Shown: positions 1 through 17,663 of the stretch, one piece after another
Position numbering within the stretch: position 1 is the stretch's first letter
How the letters are laid out: each line of letters begins with the position of its first letter
Assembly (NCBI GenBank): GCA_040357565.1
Contig: JBDODJ010000031.1
Length of the DNA stretch: 64,000 nt
From: Cercozoa sp. M6MM
Taxonomy: Eukaryota > Protista > Endomyxa: Ascetosporea
Reading direction: 5' to 3' (one strand)
Program-made: the position numbers and the translations under genes
The notes under the pieces: model-generated
The model's database searches: none
Seen by the model: the letters and a program-made list of their open reading frames with translations, nothing else
What the model was told of the DNA's origin: nothing

Positions 1-68
<68 letters not shown>

Positions 69-1178
69 GGAAGAGGCCGAGAAGGAGCGGATGTCACGCG
101 CACGCCTCGCTGCTGCCGAGAAGCAACGCGAGGTGTGCACGCCCTATATCCCACTCCTTGCATATGTGCACAAGTTTTTACATGTCCATATGTCTATGTG
201 TCGCTGTGTATGTAGGTGAGCGATCATCTGGCCAGCAGCTCGGTGCGACAGCAACGCGGACGAAAGCGCGGCCGTGCCAAGCGCTCTGTACTCTAGTCTG
301 TCCTCACCCACATTTCATTGGTAACCTTTACACCGCTGCTGTCGTACAGTACGAGGCAACACCCGAGGAGGGAGGCGACATGGACATGCAGGAGGTAGCC
401 GAACTCGAGGCTGAGTTGGTAAGAACCACCCTTATACTCTTGACCGACCCCTTTCTGTTACACTCTACCCCCCCCCCCCCCCCGCAGGCAACAAAAACAA
501 CAAAACCCGGTTGGAAAGGGACCAAAAAAGCGCAGCTCCGAGGACGAGTACTATACTCAGGGCACACATCCTCGTCTGTCTTACCCCCCCCCCCCCCTCG
601 CGCAGTCTGCCTGACGTGTTTGATGATGAGCCCGAAGACGCGCATGTTGATATGTTTGACGATGGCGACGAAGAGGAGGTGGCGTCCTTACCCATGCTGT
701 TGTAGGCTTCCCTAGGTATCCTACCCTGCAGGCGGACCTGGGTGTGCCCGTGAAGCGTCGCCGCAAGGAGCTTGACGCCGATGTCTCAACCGCCGCCGAG
801 GTCCTCGAAGCGGAGGAGAAGGAAGAGGAGGAGGCACTGCCACCTTGCGATGACGAGTTGCAGTCTGCAATGCAAGAGACCGCGCGACAGTTCGTGTCGG
901 GTACACCTTGTCTCTCCATATACCTGTCCCTAGCATATATTTACTTCCTGTGCACCGTAGGCTTGTCGGACGAGAAGCTGCAGAATTTGACGATTAAGGA
1001 CGTGCGCAAGTACGTCAAAAAGCAGCGCCCGGACCTCAAGGTGCTCCTTACTGCTGTTTGCTTGATTTACCGTTTGGTTTGCATTTTTGATCTGGTGATT
1101 AAACAGGACGCGCTTAAGACGCACAAGCGAATTTTCAAGAAGATTGTGCGTCGTTGCGTTGACGAACGCGATGTGTAA
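1..1178 (+). CDS. 3' part of a spliced gene; acidic linker plus C-terminal DEK_C-like domain
   Basis: Exons give ...LSDEKLQNLTIKDVRKYVKKQRPDLK|DALKTHKRIFKKIVRRCVDERDV*, resembling DEK_C (L..LT.K.VR); 5' end is outside the window. Confidence 0.55.
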
Positions 1179-1489
1179 ACGACTTGGTTGAGCACTGTAA
1201 AAAGCGCTAGCACAGGCAGAGGTGTTACAGCATGTCTGAGAGCGCTGCGGTAACAGAGGAGTCGTTCTGATACGATCCGTACGTTACATTAGAACGGAAT
1301 TCAGCAGTTCCGGACTTCAGCACTTCGGCACTAGGTGGCGATGATCGGAGATATTGAACATTTTTCTGATCCCTCGGTACATATGTACAAAAGCATGTCC
1401 CAGATATATATAATTATTAAGATAAGCACACAATCGCTTTGGCGGAGTGCGCGCCACTTTTCTGGGTTCTATTTAGTGTGTAAGTTCTT

Positions 1490-5766
<4,277 letters not shown>

Positions 5767-5837
5767 TCGATCGATCCAATTTCGCGCGACGGTGCCGTCG
5801 GCGTTTCGCTCGCGTACGGTATGCGTACGGGGCCTGT

Positions 5838-5880
5838 AGTTAGTTCAGTCTCCTTAAAAACCAACTATGTAGTTCCACTG
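5838..5880 (-). mobile_element. Very short 5'-truncated 3' end of non-LTR retroelement (copy A)
   Basis: AGTTAGTTCAGTCT..AAACCAACTATGTAGTTCC matches 6125-6165 and the reverse complement of 13731-13778; flanked by the CTGTAGT direct repeat. Confidence 0.7.
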
Positions 5881-6124
5881 TAGTACTCGTACCGTACCTC
5901 GGAGTTGACTTCGACCGCAGGTTTCGACTTACTTGCGCAGAGTTGCCGAAGACTCGCGCTCCGCCGCCGACTCGCGTCGCAACGCCGACTGCTCGCGCGC
6001 CCATCTGACGCCTTAATTCTCCGACCCGGACCTCCGGCACGACTGAAGACGTATTGTACGGACTACTCGTACCTCGGTGTTCTAGTCTGACAGCTACCCG
6101 ACCTACGTATACGCTAAGTTATGC

Positions 6125-6205
6125 TAGTTAGTTGAGTCTTCTAGGAAACCAACTATGTAGTTCCCCTGCACCAGTCTGGGGTGGGTCACAAGAGCATGGC
6201 CGTTG
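6125..6205 (-). mobile_element. 3' end fragment of the same retroelement (copy B)
   Basis: TAGTTAGTTGAGTC..GAAACCAACTATGTAGTTCCCCTG..GGGGTGGGTCACAAGAGCATGGCCGT matches the reverse complements of 13700-13778 and 32955-33045. Confidence 0.75.
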
Positions 6206-6299
6206 GCTATGCATCAAACGTTAAAACTAATTGAACGGTGGACGTGGGTTAGCCGTAGTGAGCGGAGCCGAGCGTGGTGCGCTGGACAAGAACGGAACG

Positions 6300-7517
6300 T
6301 CATCGCGAGTCACAAACTCGTGCCACCTCGTCAAGGAAGGCGACACGGGCCTTTTTCTTGAGGCCCTCGACGAAAGGAAGCGCACGGGCGAGCGACAGTA
6401 ACTGCGCCTTGGTGTAGTACTGCGCATGTCGACATTGGCATGCATGCATGCGGTGCAGAAGGGTAATGGAAGGTACGTGATTGCGCATGGCGAAGTCGAG
6501 GTACTCCTGTTGCGGCAAGAAGTAGGCATTGATAAACTCATCGAGTGGCCTCCAGGAAGGCTGCTCGCGGCCGGGAGTAAGTGGCGCCAGGCCCTGCAGC
6601 ATCTGCTGCAAGATGCGTCGGTCCTGCAGCATCTGCATGCGGCCCTCCGTGGTGCACTTGATGACGCGCGAGAAGGCCTCCACGAGCTGCTGGATGAGGT
6701 ACTCAAGGGCAGCGCACACGGCGTCGGAGAAGAGGTCGCCTTCATCACCGCTTCTTTCCTCATCCCTGCTGCTACGACTGGTGCTCTCGGTGTCACTTTT
6801 GCTGTGGTTGCCGGTGCTGCTCGAGTCGTCGTGCTGCCCGTGCGTGCGCAGGCCGCACTGCGTCAGCGTGTTGGCGAAACGCGCAAAAGCGCCCACGATG
6901 CTGTCCACCACGGGCGAGTGACTGTCGCTCATGTCGCTCCTGGCGTAGACCTAATTTGGAAGTTGGAATGACGGGGGGGGGGGGGTAGTTAAGGTAAGTG
7001 GCAAGGACTAAGAAAGGTTGGCCTAGACAGTAAGCAAGGTACATCAGCCTGTGCAGCAACAGCAGCAACAACGGACTCGCGGAAGGGCAGCGCGGCGCAC
7101 TGCTGCACCTGAAAAGCACACAAAGACAACTCAAGGACCAGGGACCAAAAACACAAAGATATAGAGTGACAGAGAAAAATAAACCATGAAGAGACGCAGC
7201 TCCTCAAACAACGACTCGCCTTGCAGCAGCACTCGGTTGAACATGCTAGCTTGCTGTTGCAGGTGCGTCACTGCCAACGTATACACGCACATGCAAACAC
7301 GGACCTATTTGCGAACAGAGCACGGTAAAAGCACACCTTTGAAGTCGTCGTGTCCCCTGTGCTGCCCAGCGTCGAGGAGTGGATCGCTACTGCTGCCGAG
7401 ACTGCTCGCCAGTCGCTCGGTACAGCGCGTGAGCTGCCACACGATACTCCGCAGCACCAGCAGCACGCCTTTCAGCGACTCGGTACTGCGCAAGTGCATA
7501 TATGTTAAAGAGAATGT

Positions 7518-7563
<46 letters not shown>

Positions 7564-10500
7564 ATGGAACAAAGGGAAGCACGCACGCGATGAGTCGATC
7601 AGCCAGCGCGAATAAATGTTCGCGATTCGCGAGGCGTTGTCGCAGCGCCGGCGCCAGCGGCGCCAGTGCCTCGTGTGCACTGGCCGGAGTGGCCGCGTGC
7701 TGTCGCAGCACCTCGTCGAACACGCCGTTGGCGAATGCACCCGGTGCAGTGAGTCTGTTTCCCATACGTACGAGATGTAAATCAGAGTGACCCACGCAAA
7801 GTGAGGAGTCAGCTACCTAGACTGCACGCCAACAAAGGTCCTGTACAGCGACGGGAAGCCGTGCTCGAGCGTGTCGGTGCTGTGGTCGGGTGCAAAGTGC
7901 GCTGTCACCACGAAAACGATCGCGTCGGCAACGCTGCGAGCCACGACGGCAGCCGCTGCCGTTGCTCTGGGGTGGGAGGGGTACACAACAAAAAGGGTAA
8001 GCAAGCGGCATACCTCGGCAGGAGCAGCGAGAGTTGCGCAGCTTTCGCCATCGCGTTCATTGCAGACAGTGCCTGAGAGCGTTAAAGTGAGGGCAAGGCA
8101 AGGGTGGGGTACACAGGGAAGAGAGAGGTGAAGCAGCACCGGTCCAGTCAACAGCACGCGTTGGAGCGGCAACACGCTATCACTTGCCTGGACAGAAAGT
8201 GTGTGTGTGTATTGTGTGTGTGTACGTGTGTGTGTATGTGTGTGTGTATGTGTGTGTGTGTGTGTGTGTGGAAAGGGAGAGAGCAGGATACCGTGTCGGC
8301 GATGCTGCCCTGCTGAGGTGTCATCTCTCGCTGGGCCATCACGCGCAGTCTGCGCTGTAATTCTTGCAGCGATACCACACTTTCCTGCTCTCAGAAACAC
8401 GGGAGCACGTGTCACAATAAACAGAGGCCATAAAACACAAACACAGAGATAAACACAAACACATAGATAAACACAAACACATAGATAAACACAAACACAT
8501 AGATAAACACAAACACATAGATAAACACAAAGACAAACACAAAGACAAAGAGAAAGAGAAAAACAAACACAAAAGCAGTTACCGCAGACAACGCTTCTTC
8601 GAAGGAATCGGCAGCCGCATTCTAAAACGCACTCGCACTCAGGAACCACTAGGTGACTTACCAGGACAGAGAGGAACTGAGTACCTGCACAGCCTCAAAA
8701 TTGCTGATGGCCTGCTGAACCAGCGCGATGGGTTCGGTGCGCTGTGTGGCGGTTCCTTTCACCGACAGACGCGACCATGCCGTTGGCTCCTGCAGGATAA
8801 TAAAGGTTAAATCGAGGCGGTAGCAAGGGTGGTATCCTGGGGCAGTGAGAGGGAGCTACAGTCATCGCATTGCGCAGATTCGTCAGTGCGTCGACTTCTA
8901 GTGCCTTGGCCACGTGCAGTGCGGCACTGTCAAGAGCCTGCGTGCAGTGCGCACATGTGTGTTCGGTGGAAAAGGTTGAATGAGATAGAGGAGGGAGTAC
9001 AGCATCTATGCGCAGACAGGCATCGCGAACGTGCTGCCTGGTCTCGTCCAGTTCCTGCTCTTCCAGTTCCTGCTCTTCCTGCTGATGCTCTTCGTGTCGC
9101 TGCCCTCGCTGCCGATCGGTCAGACAGTGCAGAATGTAGCACGCCGTGCTGCCGCTCATCTCGGTCATTGCGTGCTGTGCCCAGACAGACATGTACAGGA
9201 GTAGGAATAGGGGGTGCATGGATAACGGGATACCACAGTGGCAACATCGGTCGAGCAGAGGTGCACCTCCTCCAGGAAACACCTCAGGCGCGAGCACACT
9301 GCCGTAACCACGGGCATAGGGTTCATGTGACGACTCAAATGTAACACTTCCTCTTCCCTGCAAACACACACACCATGCCCAGCAGTACGATTAATACGGG
9401 GTGGAGTGAGGCAAGTAAAGTATTACCCCAAGGCGGCATTGAGGGCACTGTGGAATCTGTACGCAGCGCGTGCCGACACGAGACACACCTGCGCGAACAG
9501 TGCGAGCGTGTTGCGTCGCTTCTCTCGAGTGCTCTTGCGTATGTGCTCGCGCAGCGCCGGCAGCACCTGCGCACACGGGTGTCAACCCACTCTGTGCCCC
9601 AGACCACCACTATAAGTCAGCCTGTGTACATCGTGCACGCCATCCATTTGTTCCGGGACAGTGTAGCCAACGATGCGGTTGAAGTCGTGGCACAGTCGGC
9701 TCAGCAGCGAGTTCTCAACGCGATCAGCGACGGCGGCCACCATGCCGAGTTCCACGTAGGCTACAGCAACAACGATCGGTACAGAACAGAGCAACACGGA
9801 GAGGACGCGGGGAGAGGGTCTACCTCCGAGAATGGATCGAAAGAGGTCGCTGCGAAACACGTCCTTGTGGTCGGCACTGTCCTCCTTGTCCCCCTACACA
9901 AAGGAGTGAATGGGACAGGATGAAGAGAAAAGGGGCACCTTTAGCAGGACGTCCAGACGCGCGTCGAGTACTTGGCGCAGTGAGTCGTGCATTAATCTCT
10001 GTTTAGACAGGCAGGAGGTAAGGGGAGCAGACAAGCACAAGGTAGGAGTACCACTCGGTTGATGATTGTTTCGGCACACGTGAGTTGTTCCTGTACTCAC
10101 ATGCCACGTGCAAAGACACATCCGAGAAGCAGGAACAGGGTAGGACGTACCAGGCGAGGTTCTGCTTTGAGCAGATCGAGTGCTTGCTGCCTCCTCGCTA
10201 GTGCTGCCATCTAAAACAAAAGGTGCATCGAGAAGTTGTAATTACAGAGCTACAGAGGCAGAAGGATACGAAATCATCGCGCGCAACAGCCTCGTGGAAG
10301 CGCCGCTCGTACTGCCGCAGCGACTGCAGGCGACTGCTCAACTGCACAATGTCTGCACAGACAGCATATGAGGTCGGTCGAGGAAAGGAAGAGGAAAGCG
10401 CGGCAGCAGACCAGTCAAGTGGCGTCTCTGCGCAGTGGTGGACAACAGCGCCAGCTGCTGCGTTGCCGCCTTTTGCTTGAGGTCGGCGAGCGTGCGCCGG

Positions 10501-10569
10501 GCTTCATTACACTGACGCAACGTTTGCGACAACTCGAATTCCACATCGCCCACTCCTGCACATGTGTGT

Positions 10570-10621
<52 letters not shown>

Positions 10622-10932
10622 CTCTCATCGCTTCCGCAAGCTCGCCCGTACGCTTGCGTACTCGCTTCGTCAGTTCCTTTCGAACCACGCTCCTGGTGAA
10701 AGGAAAACACAGATTATCCGGCTAATAAAAAGAACATCATGTGGCATGCGGACTACATTTGACCGTCGAAATTGCGCATGTTGACGATGACGCGCATCGT
10801 GGCGTCGTCCTTCTCGCCATCCGCGCTGATCACTTCAGGGTCACTACCGGGCGAGGTGCTGAAGACGGCTGTGGCCAAGAATTGTCCCGCGCGGAATTCT
10901 TCGTCGAAAAACCGCTCGTCGACGCCTTCCAT
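6300..10932 (-). CDS. VPS50: Syndetin / VPS50 (EARP complex subunit)
   Basis: C-terminal KCTTEGRMQMLQD...LDEFINAYFLPQQEYLDFAMRNH..YTKAQLLSL matches Syndetin_C; N-term MEGVDERFFDEEF; coiled-coil middle exons. Confidence 0.85.
8440..8545. repeat. 18-bp intronic minisatellite (ACATAGATAAACACAAAC), about 5 copies
   Basis: Tandem units are visible directly inside a VPS50 intron. Confidence 0.9.
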
Positions 10933-11256
10933 CTAAGCAATCGACGGTCATACCAGTACAACTCAAATAATATGTAAATTGTAGCAATTCGCGTGACAAG
11001 GAGTACCGAACGCGCTCTCTGAAGCCCAATTCGGCTTGGTGGTCTGCCAGCAAAACCGTTGCTGCCAGTAATGCTGCCACCAGGCACTCCCGGGCCGTGT
11101 GATCACTACTTTAATCCAGAGCCGGATGTGCCAGGGTTTGATTCGGACTCGTCCGTAAAACAGTCCTCTGAGCCCGAATTTCAATGACAAAACATCTCTT
11201 TACAGGATATATTTTGACAATCTGTGCATTTTAAAAGAGCACGGTTTAATATTAGC

Positions 11257-12698
11257 ATGGGCCACGCTCCTCCTGGGCGCTTACAGGCGACAGAAGATGT
11301 GAGATTTTTCAGTGCAAGAATTAAATCTATACTGTATTTGTCCCGGTTGTGCAGTACACGTTGCCAGAGCAACACGTGCGGGCACACCGCCAACAGATGC
11401 ACTTTCAGCAGCGAGATCACGTGCCGCTGGAGGAGCCTCGTGCCGAGTATCGACAGCACAACCCACAGCCGGCCCTGCAGGATAGGCATTATCAAAGGTA
11501 TAAGATGCTCATCTGAAAAGTGCCGTGAGGCTTGTCCTTTGCAGGTTGCAGCTGCCATTGGCGGTAGTGAGCTTCGACTGTGTGCGAAGTGACCGAGCAT
11601 TTGACTATGCTGATGACACGAACAGTGACAACAACGAAAGCGCTCCCAAAGCCATCCAAGTTCGTGTCAAGTGCCATGTTGACAACACGTGCGTCGTTCT
11701 GGCCTTTTTTGGCAATGCAGTACACTCTCTTTCTACTTCACACACATACCCACACGTACACATTCATACAACTCACGTAGGCACCAGAAGCAACGCGAAG
11801 TGTAACGTGGCCGGTGCATCGTGCGTCGGCTGCAATCCGTGGAGAGACCGAAGATCACCCGTTGCACCACAGTGATCGAGATGAGGTGGTCATGTACCAC
11901 ACTGACGCCCTTTGTCCGGTCGACAACCACGTGAGCGAAAGCAGTGTGCTTCGTCGCGAGTTCAAACTGCCTCGCGGCAGCTTTGTCCTCCGTGTTCCGT
12001 ATCCTACAATAATGTCAAGAGTGTACGTGTGTTTGGTTTGTATAAATACTACACTCATGCGAGCAACAGGGTGCCTTGCCAGGCGGTTGTAGCCTTGGTC
12101 AATAAGACGAATGTTTGGACTGCACGCGGAGACTATGCACCTTGTACGTTGTGTGACATTGATACAATGATGTAGTGTGCTCGTGCAGTCACTGTGAAAG
12201 CAACTGCCGGCGACGTCACTCTGCTGTGTTACTGCGATCTTTCCGAAGGTTGTTTTGAGTTGATGCACCGTTTTTGTTATCGACGCATCTTGGGTGCGTA
12301 CATGGGTAGGTGGAGTCAAAACAGTCGGCCACACCGTGCAAGTACGAAAGGGCGACTCTGTGGAAACGCTGCCCATCGAGACTCTGTTCACCCCTGGCGA
12401 CTTGTGCAGCGTTTGTTTAGCAGCAACGCCAACCGTCATGGCTGAACCGTGTCGCCACCGGATGGGTCAGTCTGCATTCTGCAAGTATGCCTCTCATTGT
12501 GTATATCCCAGTTAATCGCCCAGTTCAACTTGCCTGCAGCCTGCACGGAGTGCGCAGCGAGGCTTCGGCGTCAGTATGCTCCAAAATGTCCAATTTGTCG
12601 TCAGTGTACCCATTTCTTTCAGTACTACATTTCTACATCTGATAAGTACTGCACCACCTGCAGCGACCACAAACTTCATCGACATCGAGGTCGACTGA
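11257..12698 (+). CDS. C-terminal RING-HC E3 ligase (CGRRF1/MGRN1-like); start approximate
   Basis: CSVCLAATPTVMAEPCRH|..CTECAARLRRQYAPKCPICRQ, ending TNFIDIEVD*. Confidence 0.75.
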
Positions 12699-12749
12699 CG
12701 CGCGCCGTGCGCGACCCGACGCCGTCGCGTGATCTTCGCTTAGTTAGTT

Positions 12750-12775
12750 CGTTCAGTCTTCTACTCGGCTACTGT
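12750..12775 (-). mobile_element. Retroelement 3'-tail remnant (copy C)
   Basis: TTAGTTAGTTCGTTCAGTCTTCTA, about 50 bp after the RING gene stop; only the tail is similar. Confidence 0.45.
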
Positions 12776-12819
12776 CCCACGTGGGGAACACTGACGTGAT
12801 ACGCTAACTACACAAAGAA

Positions 12820-13778
12820 GAGGGAGGTGCAATCATTGCACTGTCCGAACATGCGCTGGCAAAGAACTGTTCCTCATGGAGTCCTTCCTCTCAGACAGAA
12901 CCATCTCGGTGAGAAGAAACGACACTGAATCAACAGACAAACAAGTCAACGGCAGCACTCCTCAAGGTGCCGTCAGTCCTCTACTCGCAACGACCTTCCT
13001 CGGCGACATGCACATCCAACTACTAGAAACAGGATCCCCAAAAATACTCAGTTTTCACAGCACACAGCGTTGCATACGCAGAGGACTCATACCTTAAACA
13101 GACACAGCACCGGCAATGGCAAATTCTCAATGCCACCATCTACGATGCAGAAAGGTTTGCAATATACCAATGTATCAAACACGCAAAGGAACAAGAAGAG
13201 ACACTGATAGCTCTACTGGTAGACAACAAAGGAACCATTCTGCACCCCAGAGCGCCACAAAAGGCAGAACCCGATGAGATCGATGCCCAACTGAGGGAAC
13301 TGACAAAGACATGCAAATTACAATGCACCTGGGTGCCCTCTCCCACATAGAGATGCAACTCAACAAACTCGCAGACAAGCAAGCCAACAATGGCTGACAA
13401 TAGAAGAACCAACAACGGTTGCTAAGACTCAACAAGAATCACAGAAAACTAAAGCAAGGCACTGGTGATAGCCCAAATTTTCCAAATTTCTATGTTTGTC
13501 TGTGCGTGTTTAAATTGATTGGGTGGTAGGAGGAGTGAGTGACTGGCGACAGACGACCCGACGGACGGCAGCGAGGCGACGAGACGCTGACGCCGACGAC
13601 TTCTCCTACTCCCAACCTGCCGCCTGTACCAACGCAACCTTGAAGAAGATGTCCTGGGGAACTTCAAAAGGGGAGTTGGATCCGGGCGGTGGAGTACGGC
13701 TTGTGACCCACTTCAGGACCGTACACGACAGGGAAACTACATAGTTAGTTTCTTAGTTTAGTAGACTGAACTAACTAA
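12820..13778 (+). mobile_element. Decayed non-LTR retrotransposon with RT and RNase H remnants and intact 3' tail (copy D)
   Basis: ESFLSDRTISVR...STPQGAVSPLL (RT motif GxPQGSxLSPLL); DAERFAIYQCI, LLVDN, WVPSHIEMQLNKLADKQA (RNase H, across a frameshift); deleted and frameshifted; ends GACTGAACTAACTAA. Confidence 0.85.
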
Positions 13779-13887
13779 ATAAAGTCGACATGGACGCTGT
13801 GGCTGTGTCGTGCCGTGCGCGCCCGGCCGAGTCGACGTCGAGACGGACGGGACGGGAGCGGAGTCTAAACTGAACGGAGTCGCCAGT

Positions 13888-15706
13888 CTACTCGTCATCC
13901 GAGTCGCTGCCGTTGCCGTCCTTGATCATGACGCCGTCGGCGTTCTTGGCCTGGGGCTCGGTCTTACCGAGGTCCTTACCGAGCGACTGGAGGGCAGCCT
14001 TGCGCATCTCGTCGACCGTACGCGGCGGTGGCGGCGGGCGCGGCACGCCTTGCTTGGGCTCCTTTGTGTCAAACTCCTTCTTTGACTCCTTCTTCGGCTC
14101 AAGCTTGGGCTCTTGCTCCGGCTCTTGCTTCATCGGCCAGTCCTCCTCCTTTTTTGCCGGCAGATCGCGACGTCGCCGGCGACTGTCGCTGCGGCTGCGG
14201 CGTCGTCGTCGCGAGCGAGAGCGCGAACGTTCGCGCTTCATGTCGCCACCACGACGCGACTCGCGCTTCACCGAGCGCGAACGGGTGCGACTGCGACGTC
14301 GCGAACGCGAGCGCGAATGACTCCGGTAGCGTCGCCTGTCAGCACAAAAAATCATCAGTACAAACAAAACTCACTCACAACTATTAGAATAGGCAGCGAT
14401 ACGAGCGACGATCACGGCTACGCGAACGGCGACGACGTCTCCTGCGATACAATAAAGGCGATACAAACATGTGCTGGGTTAAAGGGGAAATTACGAGCGC
14501 GAACGCGAGCGTGAACGGCGTCGCGACCGCGAGTCCGATCTGTACGACATCAGATATGATGTCACACTTGACTTAAACGACAACACACACACACGCAGAC
14601 ACATACACACACACTCACACACACACACACATGCAGGCACGCAGGCAGGCACGCAGGCACGAACGCACGAACACACACAGAAACACACGTACCGAGAGCG
14701 ACTTCTGCGACGCGAATGGCTGCGCGAACGGCGACTGCAACGCACGCACAAAGTTCGACAGATGCAGGCAAAGCACATCACAAACATAGCACAAGCACAC
14801 CCTGAGGTCGGTCCAAAAGCTGGCGCCGGTCGACCCACGTGGAAGCCAACGACGCGACGCATCCTTTCACGGTCGTTTCGCGCGCTGGAAGCAGCGTCGG
14901 CACGCTGCTGCAGCGCCTGCTCACGCACGCAAACAACACAAGTGCAAGGAACATGGGCATCTGCACGTTGAACAAAGAGCAGAGGCACCTCCTCGGAGAT
15001 GCCAGTATCACTGTTCTGCGACTCGACTAGCTTGGACCTGAAACAGATAAACAGACAACGTGAACGCAAAACGGCGATCGACATGTGGAGACACAGGCGA
15101 ATTCACCATAGGGACCGGCAGAAACGAAGTGCACTCTTACCGAAGAAGCCTGTTGCATGGCACCAAAAAAGTGCAAAAAGTAACAATGCATGGCACCAAA
15201 AAATGTGCACGAGCCACTGTACCACTGATACTCTCTTGCAACTGCACAGGGTCCGGAAACTGCTCCTGTTCCAGCTGCGCGATAATCATGCCTAAACAAA
15301 CGAGCATACGTTTCTACAACACAAACTAGGATCAGACAACACGCACAAATACGATCAGCCTGACTTTTAGTGCAAATTTAGCGACGTACCAGCAAGCACG
15401 TCGTCCGATATGCCAATCGTCTGCTTGAGTTCGTACATCAGCCACGGCATCAACGCGCTCAAGTTGACCCTGTACAGACACACAAATACACCCATGGCCG
15501 AGGATTTCTGACGAACTGACGAACGTACTTCGAGATGTCGACCTTGTGCTGATATTCGGGGATCTTGGAGCGTCGTGCTGACTTCTTCTTCTTTGTGAAA
15601 CGCCCATCCTGGGCCATGGAGACACCCTGCTCCACAACGAAAAAGTAAAAGGCCAAGCCCAACCAGCACCCACAGGCTAAGAAAAGCAGCAACTTACACA
15701 AAACAT
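13888..15706 (-). CDS. SRRM1: PWI-domain SR-rich splicing coactivator (SRm160)
   Basis: MFC|GVSMAQDGRFTKKKK...KVDISK|VNLSALMPWLMYELKQTIGISDDVL (PWI domain), followed by multiple RS-repeat exons. Confidence 0.85.
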
Positions 15707-15873
15707 CCTAAGAGAAGGCTGCAACCACCAGGAACACACGTCGAGGCCTCGGGGCGGCACCCAGTTGTTGGGGATCAAAAACAATTGGCTCGAGATTTTC
15801 GGCTCACCCACAGGTAGACAACTTGAGCAGTTACAAGTACAGTACAAAGAAGTAGTACAGTACTGTTCTTGAA

Positions 15874-17663
15874 ATGCAAAACGTTGACCTATCAGAAATG
15901 ACCGACGCCAGGAGCCGGCTCCGACCGGTTCGCTTGGAGAAACGCCTGGAGCTTCCGCGCGTACAGGAATACGGATCAAATGAGAAGCAGGTTCCGCCAC
16001 TAATTTCAGCTGCCATGCGAGGTACTGAATGTCGACCTGTCGCTACTTACTATATTGAGAATTTATTCAACCATTTGATTTTCAGGCGATTTGGAAGACA
16101 CTCGAAGTTTGTTGCTAGTCGTAAATACCGTTTTCCTCAATGCTGTTACTTATTGCGCGAATTCTCTTGGTTCGCTTAGGAGGATCCTTGTCAATTGGAC
16201 ATTCACGATAAAACTGCCGCGCATTGGTATTCAGTTAGAAGAGCCACACAAAAATGATAGTGGTGTTTCAGGGCGGCGTACTTTGATGAAACCGAGGTGT
16301 TGGCATGTTTGCTGCAAGCCTGTCCGAAACTGGCGCTGTGCAGGTCATCGAAGCTGCAGACACCTCTCGTATCTTTACCGATTTTATTCCTACCTTTAAC
16401 CTCACTTTTTTGTGCAGCATGAAGCTAGCGTCGCTGGTGCCGTCGATTCAGTGAAGCTTCTATTGGCACAGGGATCGTCAGAAGCGATGTTGAATGCGCG
16501 CAACCAATGGCAAGAAACACCTCTCCACCTCTGTGCGGTACCTTTGTTCCCTATTCTCAGACGGTATCGCAAGTTTTTTACGCTCTTGATAGAGTACCGG
16601 AGATGCTGCATGCGTTGGTGTTCTTCTTCAAGCGGTAGCTTGTTCAATGGGTGGTTTGTTTCTTTCTTTAGTTCGAATGATGCGAGGGCTTGCAGGGTGC
16701 AGACACAGAGGCGTGTGACCAGTGGCAGCGTACGCCACGGCAGTGTGCGTTGGATCACGGCGAGCACCGCCGTGTTCTCCACTTGTTTGATGGCACCGAC
16801 ACCGAGAGTGACGAAACCACTGCTTCCGTGACGGAGGTTTCTGCCGTTGTTCAGTCTAGTTTTGCCAGTCCGATGGTTCGGCAAAAGTTACGGCCTCTGG
16901 CGAAACTGTTCGAATTCCCGGGCGATGAAACTGTGTTTGCGCATTTGTTGCAACAGCCTGATGTACACTGCACCCACCCCGCGCGCACTCATGTGCTGAG
17001 TTTATTTAAAGTAGGTTGACCCTACTGGCAAGGACTTCTACGGGAACACTGCTCTGTACAAGGTACCTGATGCACGAGCAGTCAGTATCAGTATCCACAG
17101 TGAACTAGCTATGGGCTTGTGCTGGTTGAACAAAAAGGTGTGTTGCTGGGACCGTGTTCCATTGTTAAAGCTACTCGTGTCGCATCTCCGCGCTTTGGGA
17201 GGTACCACTCCTTTATTTGTCAGCAGCAACCATTTCTGAGTGTATCTTTCACTCCCACTGAAGAGGAGACACTCCGTGCGGCACTACACGCAGGCTGCAC
17301 GATAGACAAGCGAACTGTTCTGCATGCTTGCGCTGAGATGCTTGCACTCCGATGTACCACTGCTTTGTATTCATCACAGTTGCACTGTGCACCAAAACTT
17401 GGGTCCTCGCAGCGCTGCGATACTTGCAAAAAGAGTGCGCGGCATTGCTGCCATTTTGCGAATTGGACGTTAATGGTCTTACTCCTGTTGATTTGGCCGT
17501 GCAAAGTGGTACCTTGCCTCTTCTAACTCTTTGTTCGTGACTAAATTACATGACGTGATGCTATACAGGGGCACCTGAAGAGCTGAAGTCACTTTTGACA
17601 TACCGTTCGAAGACTGATGAAGAAACAACTCAACTCAACTCATCGTATGTACCTACTCGCTAG
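15874..17663 (+). CDS. Ankyrin-repeat protein
   Basis: PPLISAAMRG|DLE, HEASVAGAVDSVKLLL, NARNQWQETPLHL, DQWQRTP, KDFYGNTALYK, DVNGLTPVDLA. Confidence 0.85.

Noticed and set aside
1-715. ORFs rich in CVCV/HTHT/ERER (also near 23070, 34144, 36922, 51413, 56022)
   Set aside because: Translations of intronic dinucleotide microsatellites, not proteins.
5881-6120. Possibility that this CGAC-rich spacer is mirror (reversed or complement-only) coding DNA
   Set aside because: The complement has early stops in all three frames, and the composition matches other 3' flanks in the window.
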